Source of the DNA: Clostridia bacterium
Lineage (GTDB): Bacteria; Bacillota; Clostridia; UBA1381
Direction of reading: 5' to 3'
Length of the DNA stretch: 64,000 nucleotides
NCBI GenBank assembly: GCA_017404065.1
Contig: JAFRDB010000128.1
Span: 63-64,062, forward strand
Below, piece after piece: positions 1-7,391 of this stretch. The notes beneath the pieces were generated by a model. It saw only the letters and a list, made by a program, of their open reading frames with translations, did no database searches and was not told the DNA's origin. Numbering within the stretch: position 1 is the first letter of the stretch; each line of letters opens with the position of its first letter. Made by a program: the position numbers and the translations under genes.

Positions 1-2051
1 ACAGGCTGTTGAACAGGACGTTGGACGGGCTGCTGAACAGGCGGGGTATATTGCTGCTGTCCGAACGGTTTCTGTGCGCTGACGCCGACAGGGGCGTTGC
101 TGCGCGCGGGTTCCTCTCGATGGACAAACGATTTTTCCGGCTGAACTTCCGGCTCTTCGGGCTTCTTTTCAATAAGCGCTCTTATTGAAAGACTGATCTT
201 TTTCTCTTCCCAGTTGGCATCGGTTACCTTAACCTCTACCTCCTGTCCGATCGTAAGCACGTCCTCCGGCTTGCCAATACGATGGTCTGCTATTTGCGAG
301 ATATGGATAAGACCGTCAACCGACGGAAGTATCTCTGCAAACGCGCCAAACGGCAGCATTCTGACTATCTTAACGGTAATAACATCGCCTACATGTATCT
401 TGTTCTCAGCGATAACCCATGGGTTGTCCTCGATCTTCTTAAATCCGAGCGAAACCTTCTTTGTCTCCGGGTTGATGTCTTTGATATAAACATCCATAAC
501 ATCGCCCACAGCGCAAACCTCTGACGGATGCTTTATCTTGTTCCACGAAAGCTCACTGATGTGAACAAGACCGTCTATACCGCCGATATCAACGAAAGCG
601 CCGAATGATGTGAGGGACTTAACTGTACCGCTGTAGTGCTTACCTACCTCAGCTGCTGCCCAGAATGCATCCTCCTTCGCCTTGCGCTCCTCATCCAAAA
701 GTACACGCGCTGAACCCAATACTCTCTTTCTTCTCTCGTCAAGCTCAATAAGCTTTAACTTCAAGACCGTTCCTACAAGACTCTGAAGATCTGACACGTA
801 TCTGTCCGATGCCTGCCTTGCCGGTACAAAAACCTGTGCGCCGTCGACAGTTGCAATAACGCCGCCCTTAACGGCTCTTATTACCTTGCCTTCAACCACT
901 TCACCCGATTCGTAAGCCGCTTTGATTTTGTTCCAGCTCTCTATAGCTACCAATTTCTTTCTTGATAAAACTACCTTTCCTTCAGCATCGTTTACGCCTA
1001 CAACGTAAACCCTGATCGCGTCGCCTTCCTTTACAACATCAGACGGCTCAAGTGACGGGTCATCCGTTATCTGATCCGCGGCAAGCTGACCGTTATACTT
1101 AAAACCGCCAAGATCAACGATTACTTCATTCTTGCGGACCTCCACAACCTGTCCGTCCACAATGTCCCCATTGTTGAGAGCCTTCTGCTCGTAATTTTCG
1201 AACAGCTCAGCAAAGCTCTCTTCATTTTTTAAATTTTCACTCATAGCCTTTACTACCTCCTGGATAATACGCGCGGGTGTTGAGGCGCCCGCCGTAATAC
1301 CTATTTTATTATATTGTTTTTGCGGAATTTCCCCCGCTGTTTCAACATGATAGGTTTCCCCGCACAGCTTTTTTGATATCTCAAACAGCTTTTTAGTGTT
1401 TGAGCTATTACGCCCTCCGATAACGATCATACACTCGGAACGCGCAGCAAGTTCAGCCGCTTCAGTCTGCCTATCCTTAGTTGCACTACATATTGTATCA
1501 AATTCTATACTGCTTTTGCAAGTCTTTTTTAAAATTTGTACTATTTGCACAAAATTATTTTTTTTAATTGTCGTTTGTGCAACAATGCACAGGGGATTAT
1601 TTCCAATTTCTTCGTTGATTTCGCTGCTTTCGCTGTCAATGATGATCGCGCTGTGGTCACACCATCCGTTTATCCCCTTGACCTCAGGGTGATCACGGTC
1701 ACCGACAATTACGATTTGATACCCTTCATTATGATATTTCTCAACTATTCTATGGATCTTTGCAACGTATGGACAGGTAAGGTCGATATACGGTCTATTC
1801 CCTATCCTCTCATAAATGTCCTTTCCCACACCGTGAGCACGTATAACTATGGTGTTTTCTTCCGGAACCTCCTCCGGACTGTCGTATGCTTTAACCCCGC
1901 GAGACAGAAGATCATCCGTTACTTGACGATTATGAATGATCGCGCCGAGTGTTGCGATCTTCTCTCCGCGCTCAATAGCATTATATACTCCGTCTACCGC
2001 GCGCTTCACTCCGAAACAAAAGCCCGCTGTTTTTGCTACCGTTATTCCCAT
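1..2051 (-). CDS. ispH: Bifunctional IspH/LytB (4-hydroxy-3-methylbut-2-enyl diphosphate reductase) fused in frame to ribosomal protein S1. The 3' end runs off the window.
   Basis: My own translation from ATG 2051 gives MGITVAKTAGFCFGVKRAVD...TICSATKDRQ...GITAGASTPARIIQEVVKA. It continues with no stop into MSENLKNEESFAELFENYEQ..., followed by repeated S1/OB modules (GTVKSLTSFGAFVDIGGIDGLVHISELSW; VKIVRMLPFGAFAEILPSVDGLIHISQIA). It is absent from the ORF track because no stop lies inside the window. The plsC TGA (2053-2055) lies 1 nt upstream of this ATG. This fusion is a known architecture in Clostridia. Confidence 0.85.
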   Translation of the reverse strand, partial: MGITVAKTAGFCFGVKRAVDGVYNAIERGEKIATLGAIIHNRQVTDDLLSRGVKAYDSPEEVPEENTIVIRAHGVGKDIYERIGNRPYIDLTCPYVAKIHRIVEKYHNEGYQIVIVGDRDHPEVKGINGWCDHSAIIIDSESSEINEEIGNNPLCIVAQTTIKKNNFVQIVQILKKTCKSSIEFDTICSATKDRQTEAAELAARSECMIVIGGRNSSNTKKLFEISKKLCGETYHVETAGEIPQKQYNKIGITAGASTPARIIQEVVKAMSENLKNEESFAELFENYEQKALNNGDIVDGQVVEVRKNEVIVDLGGFKYNGQLAADQITDDPSLEPSDVVKEGDAIRVYVVGVNDAEGKVVLSRKKLVAIESWNKIKAAYESGEVVEGKVIRAVKGGVIATVDGAQVFVPARQASDRYVSDLQSLVGTVLKLKLIELDERRKRVLGSARVLLDEERKAKEDAFWAAAEVGKHYSGTVKSLTSFGAFVDIGGIDGLVHISELSWNKIKHPSEVCAVGDVMDVYIKDINPETKKVSLGFKKIEDNPWVIAENKIHVGDVITVKIVRMLPFGAFAEILPSVDGLIHISQIADHRIGKPEDVLTIGQEVEVKVTDANWEEKKISLSIRALIEKKPEEPEVQPEKSFVHREEPARSNAPVGVSAQKPFGQQQYTPPVQQPVQRPVQQP

Positions 2052-2052
2052 A

Positions 2053-2625
2053 TCACAAAGCATATATATTCTCAAGCACGCTATCTGCAAGCGCCTGAGT
2101 TTCTTCCTGTGTAAGCTTTTTGCCATAGTATTCGGTCAGCTCCATCGGCTTGCCGTATACCACAGTCACTGTACGCATCCATCTGTAGCCGTTCTTTATA
2201 TGTACCGGTATGACCGGCACCCTCCCGCGGGTAGCAAGCATTGCAACACCCGGCTTCGCGCTCCGCGTCTGCCCCTCTTTTACTCTGCCGCCCTCCGGGA
2301 ATATAAGCATAGCTCCTCCGGATTTAAAAATACCCAACGCTGTTTTAAATGCACCGATATCTCCTGTGCCGCGGTTGATCGGGAATGCGCCGAGCCGCTT
2401 AATAAGACCGCCGAAAAGCTTATTCTTAAACAGCTCAGCCTTTGCCATGAACGTGAGCTGGCGCGGACAGGTTATCCCCGCCATGACCGGGTCAAGGTTA
2501 CTCGTGTGATTGTACGCAATTATGACCGCGCCGTCCTTTGGAACATTCTCCGTCCCCTCCGCCTTCAGCGGAAACAGAAAAAATGTTATTATTCTTACTA
2601 CAAGTATTGCGATCTTATACAGCAC
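2053..2625 (-). CDS. plsC: 1-acyl-sn-glycerol-3-phosphate acyltransferase
   Basis: 190-aa ORF with a GTG start at 2625 preceded by GGAGGA. Acyltransferase H(X)4D block NHTSNLDP and FPEGGR block are present. It overlaps the upstream cmk stop by 11 nt. Confidence 0.85.
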   Translation of the reverse strand: MLYKIAILVVRIITFFLFPLKAEGTENVPKDGAVIIAYNHTSNLDPVMAGITCPRQLTFMAKAELFKNKLFGGLIKRLGAFPINRGTGDIGAFKTALGIFKSGGAMLIFPEGGRVKEGQTRSAKPGVAMLATRGRVPVIPVHIKNGYRWMRTVTVVYGKPMELTEYYGKKLTQEETQALADSVLENIYAL

Positions 2626-3655
2626 TATATTCCTCCGCCTTTCTTATAAACTCCTCTACCGCAGCTACGGCCTCTTCAAAATTCATTTCACTTGTATCAA
2701 GCAGTACCGCATCCTCAGTCTGAACAAGCGGAGATTCCGCCCTTGTCATATCGTTCTTATCTCTCGCCTCGACCTCTTGCCTTAGACTTTCAAAGTCGCA
2801 TTCCATATTCTTTTCTATATACTCCCGATAGCGCCGCATAGCGCGCTCATAAACAGATGCGGTAAGATATATTTTAAGCTCCGCATCCGGAAGGACTACC
2901 GAGCCGATGTCGCGACCGTCCATAACCACACCGCCCTTTTTTGCCATTTCGCGCTGCAGCTCCACCAGTCTCGCGCGCACCTCGCGCACTGTTGCTACAG
3001 CGGACGCCGCCATTGATGCATCCTGCTCACGGATGCGCTCAGAGACATCCGCCCCGTTCAGATACATTTTTTGCATTCCGCCCTCATAGCTTATATCTAT
3101 CCTTATCCTATCAAGCTCGGACACAATATCCTCAGGCTTATTTATTACATCTATATCATTTATAAGTCCGTATACTCCCACAGTACGATACATTGCTCCG
3201 GTATCGATATATACATATCCCATATCCTTTGCCGCGCGTTTTGCTACTGAGCTCTTGCCGGCTCCGGCAGGTCCGTCTATAGCCACAGATATTTTTTTCG
3301 CAAGATCCGGTCTCAAGCTCCTCGCCCCCTTCAAATATATATGCCGTAACTGATCGTTACCAAACTCCGTATTGATGTGTATCATCACGCGTATGCACAT
3401 TTTGAGCGCACCGTCAACGTCCGGCGCTGCCATATCAAGAAGCGGCACATCAGTAATGCCCATGCCGCGCACTGCCGCCGCCGGAAAAACCGCCGTAATA
3501 TCGGGCGTAGCTGTAAATATAATATCTGCTATATCCGCCGTATCAAGGCTGTTTGCATCCATTATCCGCGCCATAAGCTCCTGTACTGCCGAGAATATGC
3601 TTTCTCTTGTGTTTTCATCCGCGGTCGTCGCGCCGCGTATCGCTCTGATCATCAT
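2615..3655 (-). CDS. cmk: Fusion protein: AroH-class chorismate mutase (N-terminal ~120 aa) + cytidylate kinase
   Basis: The N-terminus MMIRAIRGATT...FTATPDITAVFPAAAVR...CIRVMIHINTEF..QLRHIYLKGARSLRPDL matches the B. subtilis AroH pattern. The remainder, ISVAIDGPAGAGKSSVAKRAAKDMGYVYIDTGAMYR..., is a complete Cmk with a P-loop. It is a single ORF with an AAGGAG RBS. Confidence 0.8.
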   Translation of the reverse strand: MMIRAIRGATTADENTRESIFSAVQELMARIMDANSLDTADIADIIFTATPDITAVFPAAAVRGMGITDVPLLDMAAPDVDGALKMCIRVMIHINTEFGNDQLRHIYLKGARSLRPDLAKKISVAIDGPAGAGKSSVAKRAAKDMGYVYIDTGAMYRTVGVYGLINDIDVINKPEDIVSELDRIRIDISYEGGMQKMYLNGADVSERIREQDASMAASAVATVREVRARLVELQREMAKKGGVVMDGRDIGSVVLPDAELKIYLTASVYERAMRRYREYIEKNMECDFESLRQEVEARDKNDMTRAESPLVQTEDAVLLDTSEMNFEEAVAAVEEFIRKAEEYSAV

Positions 3656-3701
3656 TATACTCCTTCCAAATTTGTGATCATTAAATCCTTCACAAAACCT
3701 A

Positions 3702-4020
3702 AGTTTGAGAGAAAATCGCTCCTGTCAGCAGTTTTGCTATGCAAAACCGGGCTACGCCCGCCCGACATCTTTCGGGTGCTAATTGTGCGTCTAACCGAAC
3801 GAGTCTGTATGTTTATACGCGAGTGAGGGCAGACGTGCGAGATGGTGAGCAACACGCTTGCGTGTTGCAGGCGTTCAGTAGACTTGCTACGCAAGTCCGG
3901 GGCTATGCCCCGCCTGACTTCTTTCAGGTACCTGTTGCGTAGCAACCAGGATGCCAGGTCGTGCAGGTCGCAGAGCGACCGACCAGACAAACGCCGTAGC
4001 TAAACGATTTTATCCAAACT
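3702..4020. mobile_element. MITE-like element copy D (variant termini), flanked by TA/TA
   Basis: Termini are AGTTTGAGAGAAAATCG (3702-) and CGATTTTATCCAAACT (-4020), which are inverted repeats. TA lies at 3700-3701 and 4021-4022. The interior is GC-rich and packed with hairpins (GCAACACGC-TT-GCGTGTTGC 3849-3868; CGGGGC-TAT-GCCCCG; GGTCG-CAGAG-CGACC). It shares the blocks ACACGCTTGCGTGT and ACAAACGCCGTAGCTAAA with copies A and B. Confidence 0.55.
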
Positions 4021-4433
4021 TATACGACCCGGTGACCCAAGCCTATTACTACATCGTTCAGGTTCAAAAGTCCTACCGTAAAGAAAAGACCGACGGAAAT
4101 ATGCTCTCTGCCGCGGGCAATGCCTATTTTGCCGCCGAGGTTGAGCCCGATGCTTTTACCGATGACCTGCTGTATCGCCTCGTGCGCCGCTCCTGCGACC
4201 GCGCCCTCCTCAGCATGGCTGCCGTTGATAACACCCTCGCGCCGCGCCGCGACTACAGCACGTTCAAGTATTTTGGGGATCGCGTTCGAAAAATCGCTGC
4301 CGAAATCCACAGCTGCCGCGCGTATATTCGACGCATCAAGCCTGTCCTTTATATCATTTTCTTCATCTCGCGTGCTGCTCATTGCCATACTGAGCGCCGC
4401 CTTGCAAACCACCTTGCTGCTTATCTCTTCCAT
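4020..4433 (-). CDS. HutP-family protein (putative RNA-binding regulator)
   Basis: 137 aa. The segments ARREGVINGSHAEEGAVAGAAHEAI..., IGIARGREHISVGLFFTVGLL and IGLGHRVV align by eye with B. subtilis HutP (KKSGVIQSEGYRESHALYHATMEAL, LRFAVLRG, WIAVSLYGTIG, FGVGINHI). There are no hut genes nearby. Confidence 0.5.
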   Translation of the reverse strand: MEEISSKVVCKAALSMAMSSTRDEENDIKDRLDASNIRAAAVDFGSDFSNAIPKILERAVVAARREGVINGSHAEEGAVAGAAHEAIQQVIGKSIGLNLGGKIGIARGREHISVGLFFTVGLLNLNDVVIGLGHRVV

Positions 4434-4683
4434 GCTTATGACCGTTCAATCCTTTCAAAAACCGTTTTATGATCTACATTGCTTCACTATCGATTATTCT
4501 GTTGTTTTATAACATCCAATCATATTGAATATACAAATTCTTTATTGACAACAGTGTATCAAATTTTTATTCGTTTGTCAAGTCAACAGAGCCGTCCGAA
4601 ACCACCGGAAACCTCAAAAGCAGACAGCGACTGTCCGCCTGTCCGAAGACAGTATCTTTTTCTGAGATCTGAATATAATATTT

Positions 4684-4722
4684 ATGTACACTATTGACAC
4701 AGTGTACATAATGTGATATAAT
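4684..4722 (+). promoter_or_regulatory. Sigma-A-type promoter with overlapping palindromic operator for the toxin-antitoxin operon
   Basis: TTGACA (4694-4699), 17 nt, TATAAT (4717-4722). A 9-bp inverted repeat ATGTACACT (4684-4692) / AGTGTACAT (4701-4709) brackets the -35 and contains two TGTACA cores. Confidence 0.6.
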
Positions 4723-4746
4723 GGGAGACGTAAGGAGTTGATAGAT

Positions 4747-5172
4747 ATGTTGACCATGAACGCAACAGACGTCAGAAAAAACTGGAGCGAGGTCTCGGAA
4801 AGCGCTATAAGAGAAAAGCCTCAATTTATCAAGAAAATCCGTGATTATATGATGCTTTCAAGCATAGAATTTGTAAATGTCCTGCTTTCCGACTATGTGT
4901 TTTCTGCAAAGAAATATACAGAAGCCGACGGCAGCATTACATTATCGCTTAACGAATTGGATCTCATTGAAAATGCGGCCACGGAAAAGGAAGCCGTTTC
5001 GGCTTTGTCGGAAGCAATACTCGAATATGCCGTTGATTTCTATAAAGATTTTAATTTTTGGTCTTCGGCGCCAAACAGAAAAAAAGAGATACCGTATGTA
5101 TTTAAAGCTCTCGTCCTTGATGATGAAAAAAAAATAGGAGAATGCATAAAATGCCAAGCTGGAAAGATCTGA
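4747..5172 (+). CDS. Antitoxin: Phd/YefM-like N-terminal domain + HicB-like domain
   Basis: The ORF track starts at TTG 4738. ATG 4747 has AAGGAG 9 nt upstream. The N-terminus NATDVRKNWSEVSESAIREKPQFIKK...MLSSIEFVNVL fits the Phd/YefM pattern. The central DGSITLSLNELDLIENAATEKEAVSALSEAILEYAVDF fits the HicB N-terminal fold pattern. Confidence 0.55.
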   Translation: MLTMNATDVRKNWSEVSESAIREKPQFIKKIRDYMMLSSIEFVNVLLSDYVFSAKKYTEADGSITLSLNELDLIENAATEKEAVSALSEAILEYAVDFYKDFNFWSSAPNRKKEIPYVFKALVLDDEKKIGECIKCQAGKI

Positions 5173-5369
5173 AACGGTTTTGCGAGCGCGACGGCTGGGA
5201 GCTTTATAAAATCACAGACCACTATTTTTACAGAAAAACAGATAAAAACGGAGATTTGAGGTTTACTAAGGTATCACGCGGAACGGGAGAGATAAAAGGA
5301 TTCCTTTGGAAGGAAATTCTGAAAAAACAGCTTTGTGTTACAGAAGAATATTTTAACAGCATGATCTGA
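5142..5369 (+). CDS. HicA-like (YcfA family) mRNA interferase toxin
   Basis: 75 aa. KDLKRFCERDGWELYKITDHYFYRK...GEIKGFLWKEILKKQL fits the HicA pattern (K.L...L...GW......SH......G.L..I.KQ). It overlaps the antitoxin 3' end by 31 nt. An alternative ATG lies at 5151. Confidence 0.55.
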   Translation: MHKMPSWKDLKRFCERDGWELYKITDHYFYRKTDKNGDLRFTKVSRGTGEIKGFLWKEILKKQLCVTEEYFNSMI

Positions 5370-5459
5370 GCAGACAAGGGGACGGAGAGACCGCTTTTTC
5401 AGTAGTTTCTCTACGTCCGGCATCACTTACAGAAACAACACAGCCCATATATATTGTTA

Positions 5460-6101
5460 TCAATAATTGATCGTATAATTGATCCCGGTGATTCCGGCAA
5501 CGGCGCCGTTCTTTATTGCCTTTTCATTATCGATATGAGCAATAAGCCACTTATTTTTTGCAGTTATTCTTTTGTCCGAAACCGATTCTTCAAGCTCTGT
5601 ATTCGTGCCCTGCGGCAATGCGACTACCCAACGGAAACCGTCATCCGATACCTGGCAGGGAGAATAATGCAGAGTAGTGGCAAACACCTCTATCGCCGTT
5701 CCCTTAGGCACATAAAAGCCTTTGAATTTTGAAGAATCTATCTTGTCATCTTTAATATCCCAACGGTGCCCTATAATAATAACAAGATCTGTCGCCGCAA
5801 TGTTCACTTCACTTGATGTATGCCATTCGGTCGCATTAAGCGCCGTGCTGTGCCCATAGCAGTATCCTATTTGGGTCGGAAGCGCGCCAAATAGCTCCTT
5901 TTCTATTGTTTCGGCTATCGGTAACGCCTCAAATTCGGGTGTTGAGGGCACATAGACCGAGCCCTGCGGCATTTCGAATTTTTCCGCCGTCTTGATTATC
6001 TCCTCCGTATCCAGGTCTAAAACTCTGCCGTAGGAATCAAACTCAGGATCAAAGACACTTATGATCTCAATTTCATTTTTCTTTTTTAGTTCTTCTAACA
6101 T
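5460..6101 (-). CDS. Conserved hypothetical protein, DUF4867-like / ureidoglycolate-lyase-like cupin (tentative)
   Basis: 213-aa ORF with a good RBS context and no TM segments. The family name is recalled from the overall pattern only. Confidence 0.35.
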   Translation of the reverse strand: MLEELKKKNEIEIISVFDPEFDSYGRVLDLDTEEIIKTAEKFEMPQGSVYVPSTPEFEALPIAETIEKELFGALPTQIGYCYGHSTALNATEWHTSSEVNIAATDLVIIIGHRWDIKDDKIDSSKFKGFYVPKGTAIEVFATTLHYSPCQVSDDGFRWVVALPQGTNTELEESVSDKRITAKNKWLIAHIDNEKAIKNGAVAGITGINYTINY

Positions 6102-6167
6102 AAAATCACCTTTCTTTCTTTTAACTTAACAGACGAGGGATCTGTCCTCTGCCTGCTATATTCTTCT

Positions 6168-7391
6168 TTATTTCATAGCGGCACTGACACCTGCAAGATG
6201 ACCGGTTGACCACGCCGCCTGCAGATTATATCCGCCGGTATATCCGTCAATATCTATGATCTCGCCCGCAAAGTATAGGCCGCTCACTATCTTTGATCCC
6301 ATTGTATGCGGGTCTATCTCCTTCACGTTTACTCCGCCGGACGTGATTATAGCCTCGTCTATCGGTCTGAAACCCGTGATATGAAGAGTAAGTCCCTTTA
6401 TCACAGTCTCCAGCGCAATACGCTCCTGACGGGTCACAACATTAACACTCTTGTGCAGATCGATACCGGCAAGCTCTATCGCCACAGGTATAAGCGCCTT
6501 TGGCAGAAGCGCGTCGAGCGCGTTTATTATATGCTTATTCTGTCTGTCCGCAAAATCACGAAGCAAACGCGCGTCAAGCTGCTCCGGAGCGAGCGCCGGC
6601 TTCATATCTATCTTTATCACACATCCCGCCGCCCTCCGCCGCATGTGCGAGGATGCCGAAAGAATGAGCGGTCCGGACACACCGAAGTGTGTGAAAAGCA
6701 GCTCGCCGAGTCCCGAATAGATCTTTTTTCCTTTTTGATCAAATACCGTTACACCCACATTCCTCAGCGACAGACCCATAAGAGCGCGGCACCATTTTTC
6801 TTCTGCCTCAAGCGGCACAAGGGACGGGACTATATCCGTTATCGTATGTCCCGCGCTTTTTGCAAGTGTGTAGCCGTATCCGTCTGAGCCTGTGTTCTTA
6901 TATGAAGCTCCGCCGGTCGCAAGTATGACAGCATCGCCTTTTATTATTCCCTGCCTTGTCTTAACTCCGACTGCTCTGCCATTTTCAATAAGAAGCTCTT
7001 TTACCTCGCCCCGAATAAGCTTTACATCGCCGTCGAGCGCATATCTCTTCATCGCCTTGACAACATCCACGGCATTGTCGCTTACCGGGAATACCCTGCC
7101 GCCGCGCTCAACCTTTGTTTTCACGCCATACTCCTCAAGCAGAGAAAGCATATCTTGGTTTGTAAAGCTATATAGCGCCGAGTATAGAAATCTTCCGCCT
7201 GTCGGGAACATGCCTATCATATCTTCGGTATCGCAGGCGTTTGTTATGTTGCATCTACCCTTTCCGGTTATCCTGAGCTTTCTTCCTGGCTCCCCGTTCT
7301 TTTCGATGAGCACCACCTTGCATCCTTGCTTCGCCGCCGTACCGGCAGCCATCAATCCCGCAGCTCCCGCGCCGCATACTATAACTGTCAT
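6168..7391 (-). CDS. HI0933/BaiN-family NAD(P)/FAD-dependent oxidoreductase
   Basis: The dinucleotide-binding motif VIVCGAGAAGLMAAG lies at the N-terminus when started at ATG 7391. The C-terminus GLYFAGEIIDIDGYTGGYNLQAAWSTG is typical of the family. ATG 7391 overlaps the upstream TGA as ATGA. The track start at 7493 would overlap the neighbouring gene by 106 nt. Confidence 0.8.
   Translation of the reverse strand: MTVIVCGAGAAGLMAAGTAAKQGCKVVLIEKNGEPGRKLRITGKGRCNITNACDTEDMIGMFPTGGRFLYSALYSFTNQDMLSLLEEYGVKTKVERGGRVFPVSDNAVDVVKAMKRYALDGDVKLIRGEVKELLIENGRAVGVKTRQGIIKGDAVILATGGASYKNTGSDGYGYTLAKSAGHTITDIVPSLVPLEAEEKWCRALMGLSLRNVGVTVFDQKGKKIYSGLGELLFTHFGVSGPLILSASSHMRRRAAGCVIKIDMKPALAPEQLDARLLRDFADRQNKHIINALDALLPKALIPVAIELAGIDLHKSVNVVTRQERIALETVIKGLTLHITGFRPIDEAIITSGGVNVKEIDPHTMGSKIVSGLYFAGEIIDIDGYTGGYNLQAAWSTGHLAGVSAAMK

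Noticed and set aside
3655-3990. A 111-aa minus-strand ORF. The same stretch has motifs resembling the RNase P RNA P4 strands (GCAAGTCCGGGGC at ~3890; AAAACCGGGCTAC at ~3745).
   Set aside because: On the plus strand the two P4-like strings occur in the wrong 5'-3' order, and I recognised nothing RNase-P-like in the minus-strand reading. No other RNase P core elements are recognisable. The whole stretch is explained by the TA-flanked TIR element D. The ORF has no RBS and a repeat-derived composition.
4560-4660. A plus-strand hairpin, CTGTC-CGAA-GACAG followed by TATCTTTTT, which might terminate a small RNA upstream of the TA promoter.
   Set aside because: The stem is short (5 bp) and no upstream promoter or conserved structure was identified. 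The evidence is too weak.
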